From Octopus vulgaris (taxonomy: Eukaryota), in the NCBI GenBank assembly GCA_951406725.2, contig OX597814.1:156612001-156676000 (forward strand): DNA of 64,000 nt, in the 5' to 3' direction. The notes beneath the pieces are model-generated. The model ran no database searches, was not told where the DNA came from, and saw only the letters and a list, made by a program, of their open reading frames with translations. The position numbers and the translations under genes were made by a program. Positions 51,786-64,000 of the stretch are shown in pieces. The stretch's first letter is position 1, and every line of letters starts with the position of its first letter.

Positions 51786-51962
51786 ATATAAGAATTTTTT
51801 GCCTAATAAGATAAAAAAAACTAAGGCTGTATAGATATTAGAGCATTTATAGATAGAAATATAGAAATGCTCTAATATCTATAAATGCTAAAAAATCTAT
51901 AAATGCTTTAATATCTATACAACCTTGGTTTTTTATCTTATTACGCAAAAAATTCTTATATA
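51786..51962. repeat. Inverted repeat with ~68-bp arms
   Basis: 51786-51854 is the reverse complement of 51895-51962 with few mismatches. Confidence 0.85.
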
Positions 51963-52369
51963 CACACGCTGACATAGAACCAACGTTGAACCCTTTATTC
52001 ACAATATTACCAAATCTGGAACTTAACTATGGTTTGTCTATAGCACTTATTCAGCATTACCTGACACCTTTGGGTCCAGTTCATTAATAGAATCAGTATA
52101 TAGCCTAGGACAACAATGAAGGTAAATGAGTGTCTCCTTGTAACATGCCTGACAGGCTGTCACACTATTTGCTGTTGCCACCTGTGGTCACCATCTTGTT
52201 TCTTGTGCCTCAATACAGGGTTTCTTTGACCCAGAGTAGGTTGAGAGGTACAACTGTAGACCACAAGTATTTTCATCATCATGCCCCTGTGCACTGAATA
52301 AGAAAGAAGTGTTTTTGAAAAGGATAAAACAGCACCACTGTCAGGTTACTATTTTTCATCTCAATGAGC

Positions 52370-52572
52370 TTAACTCTTTAGCATTCTGATTACTGTGTTA
52401 AACGTAATATTTATTTATTCAGATTATCTTATAGATGTGAGATTTTGATGTGATGGTATATTTTTAGAATGACATTGTAGACTAGGTGTGAGAAACTGGA
52501 TTGAGCCAGTATGAACATAAAATAGGTAAAATATATGAGTCAGATAAGGCCAGTTTAAACGCTAATGGGCTA
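52370..52572. mobile_element. TTAA-flanked MITE
   Basis: ttaactctttagcatt...aaacgctaatgggcta; homologous to 61419-61617. Confidence 0.65.
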
Positions 52573-53618
52573 TGGTCAATATCTAAGATACAACACTTCT
52601 TATTGCACAAAAGCTGTTTTGATTTTTCTCCAAGTTGGGGTTGATAGCATCCCACTGATTCAGTATTATACAGCTGTACATCTTTATTTACTATGATGCA
52701 TCTCTTACTTATGCCACAGTTTTGACACATTGCCAGATTTAAGCATTGGGAAGATGCTAGAGAGGGATTACAAGTCAAGTTTGTTGTTTTACATCTGTAC
52801 ACTGTCTAGCATTATGTCATCAAATTCACAACACAGGCCTCTCTCTCTCATTTTATATATGAACACACACGTACACACATTTGGCTCCAGCACAGCTTCC
52901 AAACGTTATTCACAAAGCATTAATCAACCAATGGTAATGGTAGAAAACTTGCTCAAGGTGTTTCAAAGGGATTGAGTTCAGAAGTATGTGTAAAATGAGC
53001 TGCACAAGCCATGCCAGCAACTTCATATATAAAAATTAGAACACCCCAGCTTGTAAATATTCTATAACAATGCTTTTTCAATATATGTAGATTATGAACC
53101 AATGGTTGTTCAGCAAAGTATTATGTATATAGTGCTATACATATACAAGAAAAATAGAGAGAGAGAGAGAGAGAGTGTGTGTGTGTGTGTGTGTGTGTGC
53201 ACACACGTGCATGTGTGCGTGTGTGTGTTCACACGCGTGCATGTGTGTGTGTGTGCACACGCATGCATGTGTGCATGTGTGTGTGCATGCGTGCACACAC
53301 ATACAGAGAGAGAGAAAGAGAGAAACATGGGCCTCCATCCTTTCAGATTCTGTCAAAGTGTCCAAATCATACCAGCATATTAAATGGGAACAAATTGATG
53401 ATGATGATGATGATACATTAAGATGGAAGATAACTGAATACCAAGTATGATCATCACTTGTTAATGAGCTTCAAAGTGAAGATAACATTTTAGCCCAGCC
53501 AATAATTCTGCAGCTTTTGCCATAGCTATAGCATAAACGTCTTATATCACTTAAATGCAATGCAGAATCATGACATTTGGCATTATACAAGTAATGTTCA
53601 GTATATTATATATATATC

Positions 53619-53649
<31 letters not shown>

Positions 53650-54284
53650 TGATTGTACAAGAGTTCAGTACATAATTTATTTTGTGTAGCAATGAATTCC
53701 AATACAATCTAGTACATATACTATATTTACAAGAAAGGTCAAAATTGAGAGTGTGAAAATAAAATATGATAATTTAAAACATATCACTTATTTTAGATAC
53801 TGAAAGTAGGGAATACATTATAATTGGAATTGTATTGTACTTGAATAAATATGTCATGTCTAGACTTAATACATGAGTTATCTAAATGTATGATAGATTT
53901 GTTCTAAGAATATCTAGGAATACTACCACTCAGCGAGTGGGTGGACAGATTGATGGATAGTGTGTATGCTTGAGAGTAGGAGTTGTTCTTGCTATTGTTT
54001 AGCTCCATGTTGTCTCTGATTGAGGCAACCTAAGATTAAAGACATTGGACAAGGTGATCCTATACACCATGCCTTTGGAAAAGATGACTGTCAAAACTAT
54101 GTACAGATGTGAAAGTATTGAGGTTGTTGTTTAACTTCAGGTCAGTATTGATCAAGGCCACCTTGTCTTTTTGTATATCTACAATTACACTGTTGTATGT
54201 ATTCTTCCGGGTTTATAAACTTGTCAAGAGCAATTTGGTTGCTATTTCTAGCCTGTCAAATAACTGCCTGGAAGCTCCCTAATT

Positions 54285-54484
54285 CATCATCATTGTTTGA
54301 CTGTGGTTGAGACAATGGAATTTACTATTTTACGCCAGACCTCACGGTCCATCATAGCATTACAGAAGTCCTGTTGCTGGATGCCTGTATCCCTGGCGAT
54401 TACATCAGGGTAGGAGAGTGTGCACCCTCTGGTATCGCGAGCAGATGGCTTCCAGAGGAGAAGAGTAGAAATTACCTCGTTTTC
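54285..54484 (-). mobile_element. 5'-truncated RTE/RTEX-like LINE 3' end
   Basis: LLLWKPSARDTRGCTLSYPDVIARDTG...AMMDREVWRKIV; (TGA)n tail; 12-bp TSD agctccct(a/c)att (54273-54284, 54485-54496). Confidence 0.85.
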
Positions 54485-56509
54485 AGCTCCCTCATTAGCT
54501 TTTCCTTAAAAGTGCAAGTATGCAAGGATGTACAAATGCTGCTGTATTCCTATTTAGACATTTCTTACTATGTATGTTTATGAAATGTATGCATGGATAT
54601 GATTACATAGAATGATTATTATCCATTTATTATATAATTGTGTAGGAGGATATAATTGTGTATATATGTGAGTTTGTGTTTATGAGTACAAAGGTATACA
54701 AAAGTATATGCGAGACTGTGTATGAGCATGTACATATACTCGTACATATTTGTGAGAGAGCATACATTCATGTGTTGTATGTTAGTATGTGTGTCAGAAG
54801 AGGCAGCTATTGTGTGAGTGTGAATACAAGCAATCTCCTTGTCAGACACTTTAACATTACAAGCAACAAAACCACAACTTGAAGAAAATGTCAACATAGT
54901 TCTAGAGTCTAAACAGTCCAAATAAATGCTATTTCTAGCATGGTTCTTAATTTGATCCAAAAATCAATAACTAAATATTTCTCAACATCAGTATGATATT
55001 TAGTTGTTTAGTTGATTTAACGATCTTGGCTAAAACACTAGATTTGCCCACACAAGAAAAAAATATTGATTGCAAGCACAGACACAAGGATTGAAATTTT
55101 GGGAGGAAGGCACAATCGATTAAGATCAGTCCCCTTTCCACAGAAGAGTTTTGTTTTATCAACCCAAGATGATGAAAGACAAAGTTAACCTTTACATGGT
55201 TCAGGCTCACAATATAAAGGGGTATAACTTTTATACAAGACATTCTGTTTGATGTTCAACCAATATTTGTCAATCTCAGAAATAATATTGATTTCTTACA
55301 TTCTTACTTTAGCACAAGCCCATAAGTGTGACATGTGGGGGTAGCTATAGTTGACTGAATCAATCCTGCTATTTGACTGATATTTATTTTATCAAACTCT
55401 GATGGGTGAAATATGAAGTCAGCATGGCCCAGATTCAAACTGCTAACATAGTAAATATTGCCAAACATTTGGTCTTGTATGCTACCATTTCTGTAAAGTC
55501 ACTCGTCAAGCCATACATTTCACTGATGTTAGATTCCAGTTGCAGAGACTAAGAACTGCCAAAAAACCAATTTGACACATCATATAGCATAGAGAAATAA
55601 GTTAAAAGTTTGATAACAGACAAATTATAGGAGCATAGAAGTACACCTATTTCCATTGCAAGATTGTCGTTACTGTTGCTGTTTATCCCTAAATAAACCT
55701 AATGGAATAACTTAAAATTAATAAGATATCACAAATCTCCTGACAAATCAGAAGACTTTGTTCTAATCATGGTCTCAACCACAAACTCTCATGTTAATGT
55801 TTAAGCCACACAATGCAATCTACTCCTCTCTGAAATCATCATTCTTGGTGACTTCAGTTCATGAAATTCTCCCAAGCTTTCTTTCCACAATGTCAATTCT
55901 CTTTCAAAGTACAGGAAGTGGAACTACAACTCTGGTTATTACAACATTACAAAAATGAGAAAGAAATATGAATACCTGGCTCGGACACTAGTCTATCACG
56001 GTATCTTTCTCAAAAGGTCTACTACCTATTCTACAATGTAGACTGATATGACTTGCACTCAGATACATGAAAACATATGCAACAATATGTGAATTCACAA
56101 TGCATGAGACAGCAGTTCAAATATAATATTCTCTAGTTCATTTTGTCTCTATACTGTAAATAACAGAAAAATTAGAATTGCCACTTCATCAAACATATTG
56201 ATTCAGATCACCTGTAAATCAATCACAGGCGAAACTGTTGCTAAAAACCTCATTTTCCAACCATGTGGTTTCAGGTTCAGTCTACTGCATGACACTTTGG
56301 GCAAGTGTCCTTTACAATAGTTGTGGATTGATCAATACCTTGTGACTGAATTTGGAAGATGGAAACTGTGTGGAAGCCTGTCTTGTGTGTGTGTATGTGT
56401 GTGTTTGTGTGTACAAATAGATATACGACTGCTAATGTTACGTTCAGAGCACTATGAAGATTTTCAGAGTATGGTCTGCTTCCAGTATAGAATCTACTAT
56501 TTCTAACAT

Positions 56510-56865
56510 ATCATCATCATCATCATCATCATTTAGCAACCGTTTTCCATGCTAGCATGGGTAAGACAGTTAGACAGAGAGCTGCACCACGATCCAGTCT
56601 GTTTTGGCCTGGTTTCTATGGCTGGATGCCCTTCCTAATGCCAACCACTCCACAGAATGTTCAGGGTTGACTTCTACATGTCACTAGCATGAGTGCCTTT
56701 TACATGTCACCAGCACTGGCCATGAACAGGATTTCACTTAGTTTGGTGTGTCTACTCAAGCACAATGAATCACCAGAAGTCTCAGCCACTTGTCATCATG
56801 TCCATGAGACTTAACATCTAAAGATCACATTTTGCCACTTCATCCCATGTCTTCCTGGGTCTACC
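56510..56865 (-). mobile_element. RTE 3' fragment
   Basis: (CAT)n tail through catgtcttcctgggtctacc (reverse of GRPRKT). Confidence 0.75.
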
Positions 56866-57935
56866 AAGCTACAGTAATTAAAATATATAACCAGGGATAC
56901 TTTACAGCTCCTTTAAACAGCAATGACTTGGCATTAATTTATAAATAAAAGGCACAAAATATCTGGAGTCAATCAATAAGGGCTGGGATGGAAGTCCATT
57001 ATACAATTCTCTGACTGAGTTATTGGTAGTTGTCAGCAAAGCCACAGCTAGTCAAGTAGTTCCTATTCTGCACACTATCATTCACAGTTGACCCTCACTA
57101 ACTGAGTCCAACAAACTGTAAGCAGACATAAAGATATAAAACCCATTATGGGAAGCAATCAAAGTGACATTAACTTTGTAATACTACAATACAATCCTAC
57201 ATTACAGTACATACAGTACACTAGTGGATGGGTTAAAGATATCACTCAGCCTTTTAAGACTCAAAGACAATATAAGGTTGAACTTCAGTCAATCACAACA
57301 CATCTCAATAATGATGTTGGCTCAAAAATGAAATGATAATAATGATTTATATGCATATATATATAACGGCAGACAAAATACCGCTAAGCATTTCGCCCAG
57401 GAAGGTTTCTATGGTTGGATACCCTTCCTAACGGCAACCACTTTACAATATATATATAGGGTGCTTTTTACATGATACCAGCACCTGTGGGGGTCATCAA
57501 GTAAGTTATAAGACAAAGACCACTCTTTGTAAATACACACATACATCATTATTATTCTAGTTGTTTTGTGCAGTAATTGAATAATTAGATTATTCAGGAT
57601 TTCAGAAAGTCCATCTGCTATTGGCCAACATGCTACTCTAATTTCATCAAGCTCCAGTTCTGCACACAAAACCCAAAGGAATTATCTTACACATCAAGTG
57701 ATATAATATGTAGCTTCTTACCACACAGTGGAATAACTGTTCTTGTTTGCTAATAAACTAGCACCAAACATTGATATACAGATTATCAACCAGGAAATTT
57801 TCAATCAATGAGAGAACATAGATGCACAGATGTGTTTGAAAGGCATTTGGTATTTAGGATTAAAAGTTCAAATTTCCTTCTCTTGATAATACATTGGGAG
57901 ATAATACCAGCTTCCAAGTAAGGAGAGAATAGTTA

Positions 57936-58171
57936 CTTATTTCTTTACTACCCACAAGGGGCTAAACACAGAGGGGACAAACAAGGAAACTCAAACGGAT
58001 TAAGTCGATTACATCGACCCCAGCGTGTAACTGGTACTTAGTTTATTGACCCCGGAAGGATGAAAGGCAAAGTCGACCTCGGCAGAATTTGAACTCAGAA
58101 CGTAATGGTAGACGAAATACGGCTACGCATTTCGCCCAGCATGCTAACGTTTCTGCCAGCTCACTGCCTTA
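57936..58171 (-). mobile_element. SINE family A
   Basis: Full length; 12-bp TSD agagaatagtta (57924-57935, 58172-58183). Confidence 0.9.
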
Positions 58172-58957
58172 AGAGAATAGTTATTACAAAGTAATTTATA
58201 AGTTTTGTTGGGATACAATGCAAATCTCTCCCATGCATTTATCCATTGCCCACTAATCACCTACCTATGAGCTAATATTGAACAATCTCCATGCCTTCTT
58301 GTAGATAAGCATATCCAATAAGACCAGTAGTCAAATGCATCACAGGTGATTCCAGGTGTATTTAGGAAGCTTAATTCATTGTAGAGACTGAGTGACATAG
58401 TTGTTGTAAAAGTAGTGGTTATAAAATGTAGAAAAGGTCAGGTTGTTGACCTAATTCATTACAAGGATTATAACACACACAGATTACTTTTGCAATCATG
58501 GCAAAAACGTTTTAACAACTATATAGGAAAAGGAAGGTGGAATGGATAGAGGGGAGAGGTTAAGCTTCAATAAAACTTGCTTCAACTTGAAGAGAGAGAG
58601 AGAGAGAGAGGCATCTTTGGAGAATTTTATGAAATATGACACTGTAAAGTATTGGGTGGGTGAATAATTTGACTTCCAATCTACAATATATATACTGTAA
58701 ATTGAATGGGTTGGGAGTGAGCTTATGTTTTGATTTGGCTTAAAGTTTGTCAGGGTTCCAGGGTTCTCGGACCTTTTTCAATGCCTGCATGTTTTTTTTT
58801 AATATTTTTTTTTATTTTGTATATTCTATTAAGTTGCACACCCTTATACATAATTTATATTTTATAAACTTAAATTTTAAATATTCACTTTCAACAATTA
58901 ATTTTGTATTTGCTTGTTTATGTAGTTTACAATTCATTTGGAATTGTGAGAACAAAG

Positions 58958-59002
<45 letters not shown>

Positions 59003-59228
59003 TATTAAGGTTTTCTCTACAACCAGGATAGTTTTGTTTCAATTTTTCAACATAAGTGTCAAAAATAGAATATCTTTAAGTAAATTAAAGAGATTTTTTA
59101 AAGATTTTATTCCTAGTTTCATTATTATTATTATCATTATTATTATTATTATTATTATCATTATTATTATTATTATCATTATTATTATTATCATCATTAT
59201 TATCATTATTATTATTGTTATTTTTATT
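58958..59228. repeat. Two (ATT)n microsatellites
   Basis: 58958-59002 and 59121-59225. Confidence 0.95.
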
Positions 59229-59311
59229 TCCTAAAATTTCTTCTGCTAAAAAAAAAAAAAAGAAGAAGCTGTTGGGTGAATAGAGAAACTCAGTTTCCGA
59301 TAACAAAGTAC

Positions 59312-59492
59312 CTGAATGACACTCGTCAACTGTCCCAGTTTCATTTTGAGCAATGCAATTTCATCCATAACTTGTGAGAATGTATCAGCATCAATGAGCA
59401 CTACCTCTTTGCCATCAACAACAAATGATGTCACCTCAGAGTTAGCAGGCAGACACAGAAGTGATCCAGCTGTGCTTGAACTGTCACCTTCC
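59312..59492 (-). CDS. Internal coding exon (181 nt) ending in a predicted coiled-coil/amphipathic helix; host gene unidentified
   Basis: Acceptor cttctgtttacag|G and donor ATTCAG|gtactt. Open frame EGDSSSTAGSLLCLPANSEVTSFVVDGKEVVLIDADTFSQVMDEIALLKMKLGQLTSVIQ, with raised GC and heptad pattern. Confidence 0.8.
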
Positions 59493-59954
59493 CTGTAAAC
59501 AGAAGTGCAACAATTGTTAGAGTTAATAGCCAATAATACAAGACAATAAAAGACAATTTTACATCTGAACTCCAAAGTAACATATCATTTCTATATTGAT
59601 TTCAACTATTATCACTTCTCTTTATGCCTTTAATTTCTATATGAATCATAAGCCAACAATGCAGTTTCCTAACCTACAAGATGAAGCAACCAAATTTCTT
59701 TCAATACACACAAAAAGGCTGACTGGCCATAGCTGATGCCTTTAACCACAAGTAGACTGATTTGATCAGAGATGAGATGGGGATAAACAACAAATACGGC
59801 AGCCAATGTTTGGAGTTAAAAAGAGAAGTTTCAACAACCAATTTTGTCTAGTTCTAAGTTGATATTATTCGAGGGGTACAGCTCATCATAGTAAGCCATA
59901 TAACTGACATGCATGTTACATTCACTTTTAATGTATTCATATATGTATCCATGC

Positions 59955-60380
59955 TAGTGGGGCACTAAGCACACCACCTGAGCGTGATCATTGCCAGAGC
60001 AGCTAACTGGTTTCCGTGCCGGTGGTACATAAAAAGCATGATCGTTACCAGTGTTGCCTTACTGGCACGTGAAAAAACATTCAAGTGAGGTCGTTGCCAG
60101 TGCCGCTGGACTGGCTCCTGTGCAGGTGGCACGTAAAAAACACCATTTGAGCATGGCCGTTGCCAGTATTGCCTGACTGGCGCTCGTGCCAGTGGCACAT
60201 AAAAGCACCCACTACACTCTCAGAATTGTTGGCATTAGGAAGGACATCCAGCTGTAGAAACTCTACCAGATCAGATTGGAGTCTGGTGTAGCCATCTGGT
60301 TCGCCAGTCCTCGGTCAAATCGTCCAACCCATGCTAGCATGGAAAGCGGACATTAAATGATGATGATGATGATGATGATG
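59955..60380 (+). mobile_element. RTE 3' UTR with tandem units and (GAT)n tail
   Basis: Inverse match to 112-560 and 48358-48880. Confidence 0.85.
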
Positions 60381-60432
60381 TGGTAAATTCAAACTGGATT
60401 TCTTTTTTGGGAGAGAGAGACCATTCAGCAGT

Positions 60433-60660
60433 TTAACCCTTTAAATACCAACCCACCTGAGAACACCCCTGGTTCTATATACAAGCTTCTTTTAAAGCGA
60501 TCCAAGTACAAAACTTCCATCAAAATTTCAAGTCGATCTATGTTCCATGTACTAGAGTAATACTGACAGTTATTTTACTAAATTTTTTCATTATTTCCAA
60601 AATCAATTAAAACAAAGACAGTGCATTACATTGGTAATATGGTACCAGGTAACAAAGATT
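60433..60660. mobile_element. Probable TTAA-type MITE
   Basis: Starts ttaacccttt; right end is decayed. Confidence 0.4.
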
Positions 60661-60736
60661 TTACTGCTGCAAGAATGACATGAACTTCAGTAGACTTTGT
60701 CTGTTAGACCAGACTCCTCTGTATGAGTGAAACATA

Positions 60737-61383
60737 TGAGGCAAATCAAAAATTATCTGCACTTTCACCATAATATATCTTTACTATTGTCACACTGCCT
60801 TCTGCGCATGCATGATTATAGTTGGTACTACTGTGGTCATGTGTTTGAAGTTTGAGCCTGATCATAACATTTTTTTTTCTGGCTTTACAGTGTAAGCATG
60901 GCCACTCCAATAGCAATGTGCACCTGAGAGGAACAAAGAGCAGTGATCTCAGAGATGGTAATGGTGAACCAGTTTGCCATTACCATCTCTCAAGCTTGCT
61001 GAATCTTCTGGCGTCCTGCTCCCTCTTCATGCATCATGCTTGTCCAGCCACTCTTAAACTTCTCGATCCACCCATACACACTACTATGTGATAGTGCACT
61101 GTCCCAGTATTGTGCCAAAAGCCTCCAATGAATTTCAGCACGTGACACACCTTTCGCTCAAAGAAATCGAATCACTGTTCTATGTTCTTCTTTGGTGCAC
61201 ATTACAGTGTAAGCATGGCTGCTCCACTAGCAAAGCCAGAAAGAAAAATAGCACACTCAGTCTCAAACTTCGATCAAGTGACCACAATAGTACCAACTAT
61301 AAGCATGCATGCACAGAAGGCAGTGTGACAATAATAAAGATAAAGTATAGCAAAAGTGCAGATAATTTTTTTACTTCACCTCG
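60737..61383. mobile_element. Mariner-derived fold-back element, second copy, with both termini
   Basis: TA|tgaggcaaatcaaaaattatctgcacttt ... aaagtgcagataattttttt-acttcacctcg|TA; colinear with 29164-29790. Confidence 0.88.
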
Positions 61384-61418
61384 TATGATATTGACAAAAA
61401 TTATTTAAATTAGGATTA

Positions 61419-61617
61419 TTAAGCTTTTAGCATTCACATTATTTTGTCATAAGTAATGCTTATTGATTGACATTGTTTTGAATTAACAATTCATTATTTT
61501 GTGGTTTTGAGATTTTGATGAGGTAACTTAATTTTTAGAACAATATTGACCAGTTTCAACCTAAAACAAGTAGAATATTTTGGCCAGATATGGCCAGTTT
61601 AAATGCTAAAGGATTAA
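61419..61617. mobile_element. TTAA-flanked MITE
   Basis: ttaagcttttagcatt...aatgctaaaggattaa. Confidence 0.7.
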
Positions 61618-61727
61618 GGATAATACACTAAAACCACTTGCCAATTCTCTACAAGAGTGGTAAGGAATACATAATGCCTTATCCAAGACACAGAACAGTA
61701 ATATTGTCAGTAACAGTGGTACATTAA

Positions 61728-62017
61728 CTTGTTAACTGCCATGGCCTGTTACAGGAACTTATCAGTGATGCTACATATTTCATGCGATTACACTGCATAC
61801 TGTTTAATTACAACGAAATATAATTATTTTGTATTTTCATAATATTTCATAATTAATCTCTAATATTTAGCACTCTTACTATTTAAATACCATTGAAGCC
61901 AAGTCAATACAGAATAAAATATTTTCTCAAATTATGAAAATGTACTACTGGTGGTGCATGTGGTGGTTGTGTGAAGTTTGTGATGAACTAACAGTGGTAC
62001 ATGTGGCAGTTAACATG
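61728..62017. mobile_element. Possible piggyBac-like MITE
   Basis: TTAA|cttgttaactgcca ... tggcagttaacatg|TTAT. Confidence 0.45.
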
Positions 62018-63144
62018 TTATGTTATAATACTTTCACTGATAGTCCTATGCCTTTCTAACGAGGGACTCTAGAGCTTTTCAGCAGCTGTAGCAGGATGAA
62101 AAGAGATTAAGCATCCCACTTGTCTTCAAATATGTGCACTGATTGTGGGCAAACATCACCGTTTATACAAATAGTGTTATTTATTTCTATTCCTCAGACT
62201 AAGGGAAATATTACCTTGCTTGAAAAGGTGTGATGATAATGATGATGCATAAATAAGAATTCAATGCATCTATGATAAAGTTCTAAGTGGTACTTCAACA
62301 AAAACAAAATTCATAAGTTCTGCTCTTTTTTCAAATCCCAACACAAGACTACTTAAGTTCCAGTCTGTGCTTAAAACTTGCACTTTACATGGATAACACA
62401 TCTAGACACAAATAGGGTATGATAGCAGCATAACAGAACTACATAATATGAGTTAATGTGAAATACACTAAAATAAACATTTAAATCATCAAATCTAACA
62501 ATCACTAAGCAATGCATCATGCCAGAACACACAACACACTTCCAAACACCATGTGAGCCAACATACACATAGATATACATACATATATTTAAGCATAAAA
62601 ACATACATACATATATACATCATCATCATCATCATCATTTAACGTTAGCTTTCCATGCTGGCATGGGTTGGACGATTTGACTGAGCACTGGTGAACCAGA
62701 TGGCTGCACCAGGCTCCAATCTGATCTGGCAAGGTTTCACATATATCATATATACATACATGTAGGCTCATACATTTATACATATATAAATATGCATACT
62801 GATATACATACATACATGCACACACACACACACACTGTCCTCATCTCATTTGGTGTGAATCCACAGTTTGACTAAGACAAAGAGTACAAGTCATAAGATT
62901 GTTTATAAGTTTACACCATCTTATATATATATTTCATTAGCATCAAATAATATAAACTATATAATCAAAACATACTGTCATTTGAAAGATGGTTGCTATC
63001 CTGCAATCTTATAAATAAAAGTTACACATCTTTGAAGATTTAACAGTACATTTTTATTATATAATTTATAATTCTTTCTTAGTGAAACACATGTAAGAAA
63101 GTGTAACTAAATAAATTATAAGTGATCGTGATTGTTATGTTCTG

Positions 63145-63184
<40 letters not shown>

Positions 63185-63264
63185 TTTTATTCTTGTAATC
63201 ATTTCAGCTATGCGTTTGCGGTCATGCTGGAGCACAACCGTGAAGACACACACACACACACACA

Positions 63265-63890
63265 CACTATGTGGTAGAAAGTTTTCTTACAGACCACATG
63301 GTTCCAGGTTCAATCACAGTGAGTGACACCTTGGGAAAATGATTTCCACTCTAGATACAAAGCCTTGTGAGTAGATTTGATAGATAGAAACTGAACAATG
63401 CCCATCATGTATACGTATATGTGTATAAATATATATAAGTGTGTGTCTTTGTATTTGCCCCAGCATTGCTTGACAACCAGTGTTGGTTTGTTCATATCCC
63501 TGTAACTTTGCAATTCAGCAAAAGAGTTTGAAAGAATAAGTACCAGAGCTGGCAGAAACATTAGCACGCTGGGTGAAATGCTTAGCGGTATTTCGTCTGC
63601 CACTACGTTCTGAGTTCAAATTCCGCCTAGGTTGACTTTGCTTTTCATCCTTTCAGGGTCGATTAAATAAGTACCAGTTATGCACTGGGGTCAATATAAT
63701 CAACTTAATTCGTTTGTCTGTCCTTGATTGTCCCCTCCGTGTGTAGCCCCTTGTGTACAGTAAAGAAATAAGAATAAGTACCAGATTCAAATAAGAAATA
63801 CTGAGGTTGATTCATTCGGCTAAAAACCCTTGAAGGTGTTGCCCCAATATGGCCACAAACTAATGACAAACAAGTTAAGAGATAAAAGAA
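63265..63890 (+). mobile_element. Old family B SINE with a family A SINE nested at 63548-63769
   Basis: 16-bp TSD aagaataagtaccaga (63532-63547, 63770-63785). Confidence 0.85.
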
Positions 63891-64000
63891 AACAATAAAT
63901 ATATACATATGTATGTATATATGTATGCATGCATTGAAGCACTAATGATAGATTCTTCTGGTGAAAAAAGAATCTATCATGCCGTGGAAAGGGAATGATT

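Noticed and set aside
57545-57660. Possible minus-strand exon ELELDEIRVACWPIADGLSEILNN
   Set aside because: Its phase 1 acceptor is incompatible with the phase 0 donor at 59312 (the phase 0 reading stops quickly), and there is no other support.
59246-59575. 109-aa ORF with an apparent signal peptide
   Set aside because: Both ends lie outside canonical splice sites; only 59312-59492 looks coding.

Overview
AT-rich, repeat-dense animal genomic DNA. The SINE/LINE families look like Octopus (coleoid cephalopod) families; this is recognition from memory, not a search result. There is no intact gene. The window looks mostly intronic, with one convincing minus-strand internal coding exon (59312-59492) and one or two weaker exon candidates. 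The rest is tRNA-derived SINEs (many with clear TSDs), decayed RTE, R4/Dong and Tx1/L1 LINEs, hAT, mariner and TTAA-type DNA transposon derivatives, and microsatellites. Most ORFs in the track are artefacts. The standout is a fold-back element found twice (10836-11396 and 18369-18702). In the full copy, two tRNA-like Pol III heads point outward from the palindrome apex. Each is followed by a Penelope-type minimal hammerhead ribozyme motif, and the element has a ~30-bp unpaired tail and an 11-12 bp TSD. It looks like a non-autonomous tRNA-headed, hammerhead-bearing retroelement.
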